A stretch of 64,000 bases of DNA from Candidatus Nomurabacteria bacterium (GCA_020632445.1 JACKFN010000002.1:36387-100386), one strand, 5' to 3'. Shown: positions 9,029 through 19,428, counted from the first letter of the stretch. Notes: a model not told the origin generated them from the letters alone. Numbers and translations are program-made.

Positions 9029-10927
9029 CTAATTACTTTCCTTCACAAGCTCAGGCAACATCTTCAATTCTTCAGAAAAATCTTTCTCTCCGGTTCCAAG
9101 AGGATTATATCCACCAAGAATTTCTGTAAGATCATCAAAGCCATCACCGTCAGTATCAGCACTGCCTGGACTCGTCCCAAATATCATCTCATGAAACTCA
9201 TTAAGGCCATCTCCATCAACATCTGCTTCAAATTCTCCAAATCCAGCTTCACCATCAATACTCATAGAAAAATCCATACTGTCTACTACCATGACACTGG
9301 AAGGGAGGATCTTGTCTGCTTCCGGATACTCGTCCTTAGTTTCATAGTTGTACTCTGGCATTACTATAGTAAATCCTCCGGGAATAGCGCTATCACCAAA
9401 AGTAATACCGGAGTAATCACTTGTTGATTCGTCTTCAGTTTCTATGGTTGGCAAACCAACAGGACTCTTTAGCTGTACATACTTATCTCGAAATACAAGC
9501 TCATACGAAGCGCCATCATCCATACTTTTGTAGGCAAAAGCTTCCAAACGATCTTCTCCGAATATCATTGCGACATAAGGACTTAACTTTGGATCACAGA
9601 CTTCTTCAAATCCGTTGTGACTTAAACAGTTTATTCCACCATTTTGCACGACGACAAAATCCGCACTCTTCGGATAGTGACCATTGTCAACAAAATACAA
9701 TTCCAATCCAGTTTCAAGTTGCTTTACTGTCGATACCATACGACTTTCTCGTGCGCTTGCCATGGATGGCTCCATCATGACACCCATAACTTCCTGCACG
9801 ATTTGCTCAAAAGGCATTGCATCCTGAGGTTCCTCAACTTCAAATGCTTCATTAAATTTGTCTGCACCTACAAAAATTTTAACCTGAAAAGGAACGGGAG
9901 CTGCCAAAAAATCTCCCTCCCAGGTACTCCCAATTTCTACGCCGATCTCTCTAAGATATTTGGTTTGCTTATCAATTTTTAAACTTATCTCAAATACATC
10001 AGCATTTTCCTTTAGGTCTTTCAAATCACGAATGTGCATTTCATTTTCAAACGATGACCGAATCTCTGGATCTCCAGAAATTTCAGAAATCCTATTTAAA
10101 AACACCTCAAATTTTTTAGTATCTATGTCGACTGCAATATGGTAAACATTTTCGTCTTCCGACTCTTTGTAGGAAAATGTCATTGGTCGTATCTCACGGA
10201 AAGCTGCTATAACTTCTTCCGACATATCCTTTGAATCATCAAAAGCATCCTCTGTCATCTTCAAGCCACCACCGGCAAGTGCGCCCATCGATTCAATAAC
10301 AATCCACCTATTGAGATAGTTTCCTATAGTCTGAAGCACCATCTCCTGCGTGACTCCATCTGGCTTTCCAAATGATACATCTTGTAAACGAAAGTAATCT
10401 TTGTCTCCTATATTGCGATAGTCAGCCGTAAAAGCCGCAAGCTGCGAGTCGAGAGACACGGTTGTCTGCATCCTTTGCTCCGTGCCAGTGGCATTATTTC
10501 CATTTGCCGTCATAGTTATAACAGCATCAAGCTGGTCTGTCCCCCATTCTTCCTTAATGCTGGTGCCGTCTGAGGAACCGAGTGTAAGACTGAATCCTTC
10601 TCTGCTCTTTGTATCACTTTCTGTCTGCTGTGCTGCGTCAAGATCAGAGAGGTCGGCATGAAGCTCCAACCGCAGCTTCGTTTCGTAGGTTTCGATTTCT
10701 TCCATGGCAGAAATCATCTCAAGGACAACATCTTGTGGGTCCGGTGGAGTACTCGTTTTTTTTAAAGCATTTTGCACCATTCCACTCATAAAGGCATACG
10801 CTCCACCAGCGATAAGCAAAATCACGATCGCCAAACCAACGATGATGGGAGCTTGCGATGGAGTTTGCTGCATGGAAGATACGCTTGACTGCCGCGTATT
10901 TGGAATATTAGAAGGTTGCTGATCCAT
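9029..10927 (-). CDS. large membrane-anchored extracellular protein with C-terminal Ca-binding DxDGDG repeats
   Basis: 632 aa; N-terminal TM; C-terminal DVDGDGLNEF...DTDGDGFDD thrombospondin-type-3-like repeats. Confidence 0.45.
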   Translation of the reverse strand: MDQQPSNIPNTRQSSVSSMQQTPSQAPIIVGLAIVILLIAGGAYAFMSGMVQNALKKTSTPPDPQDVVLEMISAMEEIETYETKLRLELHADLSDLDAAQQTESDTKSREGFSLTLGSSDGTSIKEEWGTDQLDAVITMTANGNNATGTEQRMQTTVSLDSQLAAFTADYRNIGDKDYFRLQDVSFGKPDGVTQEMVLQTIGNYLNRWIVIESMGALAGGGLKMTEDAFDDSKDMSEEVIAAFREIRPMTFSYKESEDENVYHIAVDIDTKKFEVFLNRISEISGDPEIRSSFENEMHIRDLKDLKENADVFEISLKIDKQTKYLREIGVEIGSTWEGDFLAAPVPFQVKIFVGADKFNEAFEVEEPQDAMPFEQIVQEVMGVMMEPSMASARESRMVSTVKQLETGLELYFVDNGHYPKSADFVVVQNGGINCLSHNGFEEVCDPKLSPYVAMIFGEDRLEAFAYKSMDDGASYELVFRDKYVQLKSPVGLPTIETEDESTSDYSGITFGDSAIPGGFTIVMPEYNYETKDEYPEADKILPSSVMVVDSMDFSMSIDGEAGFGEFEADVDGDGLNEFHEMIFGTSPGSADTDGDGFDDLTEILGGYNPLGTGEKDFSEELKMLPELVKESN

Positions 10928-11019
10928 AAAAAATAGTTATGTCTGAGACAGTATAGCATGAAATAAGCACTGCGTATACAAAAAAGAGCCGGAGAACCGA
11001 CTGCTTCTTTGCTTAATTT

Positions 11020-12126
11020 TTACTTTACTGATTTTATTACAGCTCCATCATAATAGTACATCGACTCACGAATACTCCTAGTGACATTATCACCGTCTAT
11101 AGTAATGTTTCCTGTAGCTCCCGCAAAGTCTTTGACTTCTGAAAGCTGCTTGGCAGCACAAGTAGTATCACGCTTACACTTTTTAATCACTGACCCAAGC
11201 ACCTTCATGGCATCATACCCAGTAGCTGTAAACAAGATGTTTTCTGGGTCTTTGTGGTACTTTGCCTGATAAGACTTAATAAGCTCTGCGTATATTTTGT
11301 TGGAAGCTGAACCATCCCAAAAAGCAAACTTTAAGCCATCATACCTGTTAGAGGTGTTGACGCGAAAATCTTCACTGGCAAAAGTATCAATTCCAACTAT
11401 TTCCTGTAACATACCAAGCTCACGCGCCTGTTTGACGATTCGTCCTGTTTCTTCCCAACCAATGATGGCAAGAGCTTCTACGTCTTTGATCTTCAACAGA
11501 TGACTGCGAAAATCATTTTCTGTACCGGTATACGATTGCATCGTTGTCTCACCGCGGAATTTTTCTTGAAGTGCACCAGTAACAAGCTCTGTAAACGGAT
11601 CCTTCAAAACAATCACCCCAAGTTTTTCGACACTGCTTTCATTCATGTACTGTGCAATCGTGTATCCAATGGACTCGTCATAAATACCAATCGCAAAGGT
11701 GTTGTCACCGAGTCCTGCGAGTTCTTCACTGGCATCAAGTGAGTTGATCAGAATCTTTCCATCATTTTGTGCACGATCGGCAAGTGCAAGTACTCCACCG
11801 TAGGTAACCGTCAAAATATAGTCTGCATTGTCAATGGTCGTAAGCTTTGCATAAGCATTGATGGTTTGCTTTTCATCAAACTGATCGTCCTCGACAATGA
11901 ACTTGATTTCAACCTCATCACCTAGCTGCCTTCGAACTTCCTCAAGCGCGATCTGCACTCCTTCAAGGTTGGCCTCACCAATAATGGCCGAATCACCACT
12001 TTGTGGAGCAATATACCCAATAGTGACCACTTCCTTGCCATTTGATGGCTTGGCGGTCTGTGAGCTCAAGCCACATCCTGATGTCAAAGCGATGATGGCC
12101 AAAGCTGCAAAAATTCTTTTTTTCAT
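11020..12126 (-). CDS. ABC transporter substrate-binding lipoprotein (PBP type I, Liv-like)
   Basis: Lipobox LTSGCG after signal peptide; periplasmic-binding-protein type I architecture. Confidence 0.65.
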   Translation of the reverse strand: MKKRIFAALAIIALTSGCGLSSQTAKPSNGKEVVTIGYIAPQSGDSAIIGEANLEGVQIALEEVRRQLGDEVEIKFIVEDDQFDEKQTINAYAKLTTIDNADYILTVTYGGVLALADRAQNDGKILINSLDASEELAGLGDNTFAIGIYDESIGYTIAQYMNESSVEKLGVIVLKDPFTELVTGALQEKFRGETTMQSYTGTENDFRSHLLKIKDVEALAIIGWEETGRIVKQARELGMLQEIVGIDTFASEDFRVNTSNRYDGLKFAFWDGSASNKIYAELIKSYQAKYHKDPENILFTATGYDAMKVLGSVIKKCKRDTTCAAKQLSEVKDFAGATGNITIDGDNVTRSIRESMYYYDGAVIKSVK

Positions 12127-12242
12127 ATGACTTATGTTTTCCGTCTTAGACGGATAATTTATGTTGACGTCATATTATGTTAAAATTCTTATTTTTTGTC
12201 AACGGTTTTTATGCTAAATTTACACACTATTTCACTTTTTTA

Positions 12243-12271
12243 TTGACAATATGCGAAATTTGTGATATAAT
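12243..12271 (+). promoter_or_regulatory. consensus sigma70-type promoter: TTGACA-17nt-TATAAT with TG extended -10
   Basis: ttgaca atatgcgaaatttgtga tataat; ATG of TrmB gene 25 nt downstream. Confidence 0.8.
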
Positions 12272-12295
12272 TTAAAATGACAAAATAAGAAGCAT

Positions 12296-13030
12296 ATGGA
12301 CATTTATCACGAACTTCAATCCATTGGCCTGCACAAATCTGAAATACGGGTGTACCTTTTTTTGCTCGAAAATGGCCTTTCCACTCCTCCACAGGTCGCC
12401 AAAGGAACCAAAATTGCTCGCACCAACTGTTACAATATTCTCGAAAGCCTTGAAGGGAAGGGGTTAATTGAAACCCAAAAAATTGGAAAGCGCAAAGCAT
12501 ACCTTGCCAGCGATCCGGAAGCATTGCTGCAAAACCTAGAAACAAAAAAGCAAAGCCTCCAAAAAGTCCTCCCAGACCTCAAGGCGCTGCACGTGACCCA
12601 AAAGAACAAACCAAAAATCACCTTCTACGAAGGTTTTGATCAGGTGAAAAATATTTACTGGCAAACGCTTTCTGCCGAAGAAATTTTTGCTATCGGTTCT
12701 ACCAAGCATCTTGATGAGTTGCATGGCAAATTCTTTAAACAATTTCTAAGCGAACTCAAACACAAAGGAATTGTTCTTTATGATATCCTCACTCCAGAGT
12801 CTGGAAAAACGATAGCTCACAATACCAGAGAAGCCCTGAAGGGACTTTACGATGTTGATATCCTTCCCGAAAAATACAAAGAAATTTCTACCGATATTCT
12901 TATTTGGGATAACAATGTTGCACTCGTCGCTTTGGAAGAACCTATCTTTGGGACCGTACTGACCAATCCTCCGCTGGCTAGGACTTTTAAGCTGCTCGTG
13001 AAACTTTTGAAAGAGCAGTTGAAGAAATAA
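12296..13030 (+). CDS. TrmB-family (sugar-responsive) transcriptional regulator
   Basis: N-terminal wHTH LHKSEIRVYLFLLENGLSTPPQVAKGTKIARTNCYNILESLEGKGLI typical of TrmB; 244 aa. Confidence 0.75.
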   Translation: MDIYHELQSIGLHKSEIRVYLFLLENGLSTPPQVAKGTKIARTNCYNILESLEGKGLIETQKIGKRKAYLASDPEALLQNLETKKQSLQKVLPDLKALHVTQKNKPKITFYEGFDQVKNIYWQTLSAEEIFAIGSTKHLDELHGKFFKQFLSELKHKGIVLYDILTPESGKTIAHNTREALKGLYDVDILPEKYKEISTDILIWDNNVALVALEEPIFGTVLTNPPLARTFKLLVKLLKEQLKK

Positions 13031-13065
13031 AAAACACCTGATTGAATTCAGGTGTTTGTTTTTGT
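13031..13065. terminator. bidirectional terminator between convergent trmB-like and adk
   Basis: aaaaacacctga-ttgaa-ttcaggtgtttgttttt. Confidence 0.65.
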
Positions 13066-13069
13066 ATAT

Positions 13070-13732
13070 TTACAATCCAAGTTTATCTTTTACCTCTCTA
13101 TCCACCACGTCGATCTTCTCTTCTCCATTTACACTCACCAAAATTCCCTTTTGTTCGTAAAATTCCACCAGTGGTGCAAGCATGGCATTACCTTGCTTTT
13201 TGATACGTTCACGAATGGTGGCTTCATTATCGTCCTCTCTCACTTGGAGCGGCCCACCACATTTTTCACAAATGGTTTTCTTTTCATTTTCTGTGGAGTA
13301 CGGCAAAATGTCTCCACAACTTCCGCAAACTTTTCTTTTTGCCAAACGATTATAGGAAATCTCATCAGAAATCCTAAACTTGACAGCAACAATTTCGTCT
13401 GCTGAGACCCTTTGTAGCAAAAAATCTTGATAGGCCTTTGCTTGCTCGACGGTTCGAATCGCTCCATCAAGCATGACTACTTTTTTCTGTGCCAAGTTCT
13501 TTTCAATAGCGGCAAAAGCAAGCTTATAGATAAGATCATCTGATACGAGTCCTCCGTTTCGCATATCTTCGAGCTTCTTTTTGTCTTCTGGATCCCCCTG
13601 TGGATCAGCATCAAGTGCACGCAGAAGATCTCCCGTAGAAATCTGAACATATCCAAGCTCTTCGGCCAAGATACGTGCCTGTGTCCCCTTTCCGCTGCCA
13701 GGGACACCCAGTAAGATAAGAACTTTCTTCAT
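13070..13732 (-). CDS. adk: adenylate kinase (zinc-lid type)
   Basis: MKKVLILLGVPGSGKGTQ P-loop; lid CGSCGD...CEKCGG; start taken at internal Met matching Adk N-terminus. Confidence 0.9.
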   Translation of the reverse strand: MKKVLILLGVPGSGKGTQARILAEELGYVQISTGDLLRALDADPQGDPEDKKKLEDMRNGGLVSDDLIYKLAFAAIEKNLAQKKVVMLDGAIRTVEQAKAYQDFLLQRVSADEIVAVKFRISDEISYNRLAKRKVCGSCGDILPYSTENEKKTICEKCGGPLQVREDDNEATIRERIKKQGNAMLAPLVEFYEQKGILVSVNGEEKIDVVDREVKDKLGL

Positions 13733-13736
13733 AATT

Positions 13737-14072
13737 CTATTTGCAATTATCTCCTCCAAAATGCTCTTCAAAAAGCTGCATCAAGCTACGTCTATCGTTA
13801 TCGCTTATCTTTCCACCCCTTTTGAGCTCACTGAGTCTTTCATAAATTGTGTGCATGGAGATCTTTCCGTTTTTTCTTGCCGAGAGCAAAGTTTCTCTCA
13901 CAACGGCTTCTTCATGTGGCTCAAGTGTACGCACGAGCCTATGGGTGACGATTTTTAATAGATCGCGCTCAGAAAGATAGCAACTGTTTGTTGCATACTT
14001 ATTGCTACTCCCAAAAAGTGAACTAAATATTCCCATATTCCAATATTCAAAATCAATTTTCTCTGAAATCAT
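13737..14072 (-). CDS. hypothetical protein inserted between secY and adk
   Basis: 111-aa ORF, tight spacing (4 nt to adk start). Confidence 0.4.
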   Translation of the reverse strand: MISEKIDFEYWNMGIFSSLFGSSNKYATNSCYLSERDLLKIVTHRLVRTLEPHEEAVVRETLLSARKNGKISMHTIYERLSELKRGGKISDNDRRSLMQLFEEHFGGDNCK

Positions 14073-14186
14073 TTTTGATTCCTCAACCTAGTATACCACA
14101 CAACACAAGGCACCGATGGTGCCTTTGTGTTTGTATATTTAATGTTTGTAAGGCCCCTGCCTCACTTGGACAGATTTCAAGAGCTC

Positions 14187-15452
14187 TTAGATTCGATCGT
14201 ACTCGTGCATCTTTATCTGCGCATCAATTTGGCGCGCGATATCAATAGCCACACTTACGACGATCAAAAGTCCGGTACCACCAAGGGCAAATGACTGCAC
14301 TCCCGTAACTCCTTGCAAGATGTGTGGAAGCACGGCAATAATTGCCAAAAACAGTGCCCCGGTAAATACGAGACGGCTCATGATATGATTCAAATAGCTC
14401 TCAGTTTCCTTTCCGGGACGAATACCTGGGATAAATCCTCCCTGTCTTTGAAGATTTTCAGCAATTTTATCCGGTTTAAAAATGACGGCAGTATAGAAGT
14501 AGGTGAAGAAAAATACCAAGAAGAAGTAGAGAATTCCGTAAAACCACTGGTTTCCAAATATTTCAACCGTAAAGTTTGCAAGTCGTCCAACAAATCCACC
14601 TGAGGCGACAAAGAACTGTGCAATCATAGGAGGAAAGAGTACCAGTGAAATAGCAAAGATGATTGGGATCACCCCGGCCATATTCACACGAAGTGGAAGG
14701 TGTGATTTACTTCCAGCATTTCCTCGTCCGCCAGCCATGCTGCGCGCATAGTTGACAGGAATATTTCTTTGTCCTTCACTGATAAATACCACTGCAACAA
14801 TCGTAATGATCGCTACAATGGCAAACATGATATAGGTAATCAAATCTGCTGGGTTGTAGTTAACGATAAGTGTTTGTGCAATCCCCGGAACAGCTGCGAT
14901 AATACCTGCAAAAATCATGATGGAAATACCATTTCCAATTTTTTGCTCACTGATAAGCTCTCCGATCCACATGAGAAATACGGTACCGGCGGTTGCCGCG
15001 AGTACCACACATACAAAGGTAAAGGTGTCTCCGGCGCTAAATACTCCTGCTTGAGAAGAAAGCAATTTCACCAGACCAAAAGCCTGAAGCATAGCCAAAG
15101 GAACAGAGCTCCATCGGGTATACAGGCTAAGCTTGCGTTGTCCTGATTCACCTTCCTTGGTAAGTTCCTCAAAATATGGAACTACCATTTGTAAAAGCTG
15201 AAAAATAATCGAAGCGGTAATGTATGGTGCGACACCAAGCATGACGAGTGAAAAGTTTTCAATAGTACCACCAGAAAAAAGATTCAAAAGTCCAAGAATC
15301 TGATTTTCAGCCAAAAATCTCCCAAGGTTCTGTGTGTCGACTCCAGGAACTGGAATGTGCGCTGCCGCACGAAAAATCACAAGCATCCCAAGAACGATAA
15401 AAACATTAGCTCGTAGACTTTTGATTTTCCAAATGTTTTTTAACTTGTCCAT
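14187..15452 (-). CDS. secY: preprotein translocase subunit SecY
   Basis: 421 aa, 10 TM, conserved SecY motifs. Confidence 0.95.
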   Translation of the reverse strand: MDKLKNIWKIKSLRANVFIVLGMLVIFRAAAHIPVPGVDTQNLGRFLAENQILGLLNLFSGGTIENFSLVMLGVAPYITASIIFQLLQMVVPYFEELTKEGESGQRKLSLYTRWSSVPLAMLQAFGLVKLLSSQAGVFSAGDTFTFVCVVLAATAGTVFLMWIGELISEQKIGNGISIMIFAGIIAAVPGIAQTLIVNYNPADLITYIMFAIVAIITIVAVVFISEGQRNIPVNYARSMAGGRGNAGSKSHLPLRVNMAGVIPIIFAISLVLFPPMIAQFFVASGGFVGRLANFTVEIFGNQWFYGILYFFLVFFFTYFYTAVIFKPDKIAENLQRQGGFIPGIRPGKETESYLNHIMSRLVFTGALFLAIIAVLPHILQGVTGVQSFALGGTGLLIVVSVAIDIARQIDAQIKMHEYDRI

Positions 15453-15503
15453 ATTTCGGTAATTAATGGGGCATCAAATGAAAGAATCTCCTTCCCGGAG
15501 ATT

Positions 15504-15944
15504 CTAGAAGGTTACGCTTCCCCCTGCTTTTTCGATAGCTTCAAGTGCTCCCTTGCTGGCAACACACTTTTGAATGTTTAGCTTCTTTTTCAGCTCTCCA
15601 CGAGCAACGATCTTTACTCCAATATTTCCGTGAGCAATGATCCCTTTCTTCTCAAGATATGCTGGAGTTACATTTGCTCCTTCGTCACATCCTCTTTCAA
15701 GCATTTCAAGTGTAACGGTAGCTTTCTTTGGAGCGAGACTCTTAAATCCACGAAGCTTTGGCATCTTTTGAAGTGATGCCTTAAAACCAACTCGCATCGT
15801 GTTCTTGTTTCCAGAACGTGATTTTTGTCCTTTCATTCCCTTTCCAGAATAAGTCCCAATACCAGAACCATTTCCTCGTCCTACACGCTTTGCGCGACCA
15901 CGTGCCTTCTTGTTTGGTTGAATTGTGTTTGCTGTAATACTCAT
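15504..15944 (-). CDS. rplO: ribosomal protein L15
   Basis: RGRGNGSGIGTYSGKGMKGQKSRSG. Confidence 0.9.
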   Translation of the reverse strand: MSITANTIQPNKKARGRAKRVGRGNGSGIGTYSGKGMKGQKSRSGNKNTMRVGFKASLQKMPKLRGFKSLAPKKATVTLEMLERGCDEGANVTPAYLEKKGIIAHGNIGVKIVARGELKKKLNIQKCVASKGALEAIEKAGGSVTF

Positions 15945-15946
15945 AC

Positions 15947-16540
15947 TTATGCGGTTACTTCAGTCTTTGTTTCTTTCTTTTTGGCCGCAGTCTTCTTTGG
16001 AGCAGATTTTTTTGGTTTTTGAGCCTTGGTCTCCTCCTGAGTTTCTTTCTTGGCTGCTTTTGGTTTTGCCTTTACCTTAAACTGCTCAAAAGCCTTGAAG
16101 GTTGCCTTGATATTGGTAATCTTGTTGTTGGTTTTTGAAAGCATCTTAGCTGATGCATTTGGCACTCCGGCCATTTCCAAAACGATACGAATTACTGAAC
16201 CGGCAATAATACCGGAACCTGCTGGAGCTGGCTTTATAAGTACCTTTCCTGCCTTGTACTTTGCCTCTACGGTATGAGGTATAGTTTCATTTACCACGGG
16301 AACGGTAATCAAATTTTTCTTTGCCTGGTTAAATGCCTTTTGTACGGCGATCTGAACATCCTTTCCCTTTTCCACTCCATATCCTACACGTCCCTTTCTA
16401 TCACCAATTACAAGACACGCACGAAAACTGAGCTGCTTACCACCCTTGGTAACACGAGTAACACGTGCAAGGTCAACAATAAGCTGATCAAACTCCGGCT
16501 TTTCCCTTTTTTGTCTGAATTTTGGTTTACCCTTAGCCAT
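15947..16540 (-). CDS. rpsE: ribosomal protein S5 with Lys-rich C-terminal extension
   Basis: S5 core (GKVLIKPAPAGSGIIAGSVIRIVLEMAGV) plus ~45-aa KAKPKAAKK... tail. Confidence 0.9.
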   Translation of the reverse strand: MAKGKPKFRQKREKPEFDQLIVDLARVTRVTKGGKQLSFRACLVIGDRKGRVGYGVEKGKDVQIAVQKAFNQAKKNLITVPVVNETIPHTVEAKYKAGKVLIKPAPAGSGIIAGSVIRIVLEMAGVPNASAKMLSKTNNKITNIKATFKAFEQFKVKAKPKAAKKETQEETKAQKPKKSAPKKTAAKKKETKTEVTA

Positions 16541-16565
16541 AACGGTTAGTAATTACTGATAGAAT

Positions 16566-16934
16566 TTAGAATTCAAGTCCACCATCACGTGCACCTTCGG
16601 CAAAAGCCTTTACACGTCCATGGTACTGATATCCTCCACGGTCAAAAATCACTTGAGAAATACCAGCAGCCTTTGCTTGTTTTGCCATTTCGAGTCCAAG
16701 AAGATAGCTTTGCGCTGCCTTTCCGGTTCTCTCTCCGGCATCTCCACTCCCAGCATCCTTCTTCGTGTGAACTCCTACAAGTGTCTTGCTTGAAGTGTCG
16801 TCAATAAGCTGAGCTTGCAAACTGGTCAGGCTTCGAAAAACGGCCAAGCGTGGTCTTGTGGCGGTTCCAGAAACCTTTCCACGCACGCGAATATGACGTC
16901 TGACTCTTTGTTGTTGTTTTGTCATCTTTTTCAT
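16566..16934 (-). CDS. rplR: ribosomal protein L18
   Basis: GYQYHGRVKAFAEGARDGGLEF C-terminus. Confidence 0.9.
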   Translation of the reverse strand: MKKMTKQQQRVRRHIRVRGKVSGTATRPRLAVFRSLTSLQAQLIDDTSSKTLVGVHTKKDAGSGDAGERTGKAAQSYLLGLEMAKQAKAAGISQVIFDRGGYQYHGRVKAFAEGARDGGLEF

Positions 16935-16945
16935 ACAATCGATGA

Positions 16946-17485
16946 TTATGCCTTAGCAGTCTTACCAGCCTTACGACGGATAGTTTCCTCCATATACTTG
17001 ATTCCCTTTCCTTTGTATGGCTCAGGCTTTCTAATAGCACGAATTTCTGAAGCTGTTCTTCCAACCAATTCCTTATCAAATCCATCGATAGTAATCACGT
17101 TTTTCTCTACACTAAACGTAATACCCTCAGCAGCTTTATACATAACTGGATGAGAATATCCTACTTCAATTTTGAGATCCTTTCCCTGAAGAGCAACCTT
17201 GTACCCAACACCATTAATTTCAAGTTGGCGCTGAAAACCACTCGTCACACCTTCTACCATGTTTTTTGCATGTGCGGCAAAAGTTCCCCAAAGTGAACGT
17301 TCGAATTTGTTTTCCTTATTGACAACATCCACAGTGATAACATTATCATTGATGCTCACCGTCACGAGTTCGTGGATGCTTCTGGTAAGTTCCCCTTTTG
17401 GTCCCTTCACCTTCAACATACCATCATCAACTGATGCAGTAACACCTTGTGGAAGTTCTATTGTTTGTTTTCCTACTCTTGACAT
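16946..17485 (-). CDS. rplF: ribosomal protein L6
   Basis: 179 aa L6 two-domain pattern. Confidence 0.9.
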   Translation of the reverse strand: MSRVGKQTIELPQGVTASVDDGMLKVKGPKGELTRSIHELVTVSINDNVITVDVVNKENKFERSLWGTFAAHAKNMVEGVTSGFQRQLEINGVGYKVALQGKDLKIEVGYSHPVMYKAAEGITFSVEKNVITIDGFDKELVGRTASEIRAIRKPEPYKGKGIKYMEETIRRKAGKTAKA

Positions 17486-17567
17486 ATTATCTTTAGGGTC
17501 ACGGGATTAGGGTTAGGGATTAGAGTTTAGCCCTGGCTACACTCTAGACCCTATACCCTACTCCCTA

Positions 17568-17966
17568 CTAATATACTGAACAAATAACTTCTCCACCAAT
17601 TCCAGCAGCAAGCGCCTCCTTGTTGGTCATAAGACCTTTTGGTGTTGAAATAATAGCCAAACCAAAGCCATTGAGCACTTTTGGCATCTCTTGTGCTCCT
17701 GTGTACTTTCGGTGTCCTGGGCTACTTTCACGCTTGATTGATGAAATAGCAGGTTGTTTTCCATTATATTTTAGCTCAATAACAAGCATTTCTCCGCTTC
17801 CGGTTGCGTTTTTTGCGATTTCCACTTTCCCAACATATCCTTCCTTACTCAAAATATCAGCAATAGCTTGTTTGAACTTTGACTTTGGTACCTCGGCAGT
17901 TGCCTTTCGAGACATCTGCGCGTTTCGGATACGTGTTAACATGTCTGCAATTGGATCTGAATACAT
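17568..17966 (-). CDS. rpsH: ribosomal protein S8
   Basis: MYSDPIADMLTRIRNA... Confidence 0.9.
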   Translation of the reverse strand: MYSDPIADMLTRIRNAQMSRKATAEVPKSKFKQAIADILSKEGYVGKVEIAKNATGSGEMLVIELKYNGKQPAISSIKRESSPGHRKYTGAQEMPKVLNGFGLAIISTPKGLMTNKEALAAGIGGEVICSVY

Positions 17967-17978
17967 AATGCTTTATAA

Positions 17979-18164
17979 TTACCAACTTGATTTTCGTACA
18001 CCTGGAAGCTTTCCAGCGTTCGCAAACTCACGGAAACAGATTCTGCACAAGTTGAACTTACGCATGAATCCACGTTTTCTTCCACATTTCCAGCAACGTC
18101 GAACCGATCGTGTCGAAAACTTTGGCTTTCTATTTGATTTTGCAATTTGTGATTTTGTAGCCAT
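17979..18164 (-). CDS. rpsZ: ribosomal protein S14, zinc-binding Z type
   Basis: 61 aa, CWKCGRKRG...CRICFRE. Confidence 0.9.
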   Translation of the reverse strand: MATKSQIAKSNRKPKFSTRSVRRCWKCGRKRGFMRKFNLCRICFREFANAGKLPGVRKSSW

Positions 18165-18167
18165 ACG

Positions 18168-18707
18168 TTATTTTTTAAATGGGAATCCCATTTCTTCAAG
18201 CAGCGCTCTTCCTTCATCATTCGTTTGTGCACTTGTTTGAACCACGATTTGTAATCCATGAATCTTATCACTCGTTTCTGCAATTACCTCTGGAAAAGAA
18301 ATATTCTCCTTCATTCCGATACTGTAATTTCCTGCACGGTCGAATGCCTTTGGGTTAAGTCCACGGAAATCCCTTACACGTGGAAGCACCAAATTAATAA
18401 ACCGATACAAGAATTCATACATTGCCTTTCCACGAAGGGTCACTGACATCCCAATATCCATCCCTTCACGAATCTTAAAGTTTGAAATAGATTTCTTTGC
18501 CAAATTATGTACTGGCTTTTGACCAGTAATAAGACGAAGGGTGTTTTCAACATTATCGATATATCCCTTATCCTTGTTGTGTCTTCCGTACCCAACATTG
18601 ATAATCACTTTCTGGATCTTTGGTACCTGCATTTCATTCTTGTATCCAAATTTTTCCTTGAGTGCAGGGACAACTTTCTGCTTATATTGTGTTTGTAGCT
18701 GTGCCAT
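18168..18707 (-). CDS. rplE: ribosomal protein L5
   Basis: Start placed at MAQLQTQYKQKVVPALKEKFGY (aligns with L5 N-terminus and avoids overlap with rplX). Confidence 0.85.
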   Translation of the reverse strand: MAQLQTQYKQKVVPALKEKFGYKNEMQVPKIQKVIINVGYGRHNKDKGYIDNVENTLRLITGQKPVHNLAKKSISNFKIREGMDIGMSVTLRGKAMYEFLYRFINLVLPRVRDFRGLNPKAFDRAGNYSIGMKENISFPEVIAETSDKIHGLQIVVQTSAQTNDEGRALLEEMGFPFKK

Positions 18708-18720
18708 AATGTTTTTCAAA

Positions 18721-19041
18721 CTATTCGATTGACTCTCCAGTTCTTTTTGCAACGCGAAGTTTCTTGTCTCCATCCTTTTTCAAACCTACGCGTGTTGGCT
18801 TATTACTCTTTGGATCAATAAGCATAACATTTGAGGCATCAATTGGTCCAGAAAGCTCAATAACTTGTCCCTTTTCTCCTGCTTTTCTGGTTCGAATATG
18901 CTTTTTGATGGTGTTAAGTCCCTCAACGACCACAAACGTTCGCTGTTTCTTGATATGCTCAATAACCTGAATCACTTTTCCAGTTTTTCCTCTTTCCTTT
19001 CCCGCAAGGATTTTTACATTGTCGCCTGTTTTAATCTTCAT
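18721..19041 (-). CDS. rplX: ribosomal protein L24
   Basis: MKIKTGDNVKILAGKERGKTGKV KOW motif. Confidence 0.9.
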   Translation of the reverse strand: MKIKTGDNVKILAGKERGKTGKVIQVIEHIKKQRTFVVVEGLNTIKKHIRTRKAGEKGQVIELSGPIDASNVMLIDPKSNKPTRVGLKKDGDKKLRVAKRTGESIE

Positions 19042-19046
19042 AGTGT

Positions 19047-19418
19047 TTAGAGTACTTCTGGTGCAAGACTAATAATTTTTTGATACCCTTTGGCGCGAAG
19101 TTCACGAGCAATTGGTCCAAAAATACGTGTTGCCTTTGGTTCTTTATTCTTTTTTTCGATTACCACCGCTGCATTTTCATCAAAACGAATATAAGTACCA
19201 TCAGTGCGGCGAAGTTCCTTTCTTTGTCTTACAATCACAGCATGTACTACTTCTCCCTTTTTGATAGCTGCACGTGGCGCTGCTTCTTTGACACTGCATG
19301 TTACGATGTCTCCAATGCGGGCAAAACGTTTTTGGTAACCACCAAGCACGCGGATCACCATCAATTTCTTGGCACCACTATTATCTGCAACGTTGAGCAT
19401 TGTTTGGTGTTGAATCAT
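19047..19418 (-). CDS. rplN: ribosomal protein L14
   Basis: [18 protein letters not shown]. Confidence 0.95.
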   Translation of the reverse strand: MIQHQTMLNVADNSGAKKLMVIRVLGGYQKRFARIGDIVTCSVKEAAPRAAIKKGEVVHAVIVRQRKELRRTDGTYIRFDENAAVVIEKKNKEPKATRIFGPIARELRAKGYQKIISLAPEVL

Positions 19419-19428
19419 ATCACTAAAA

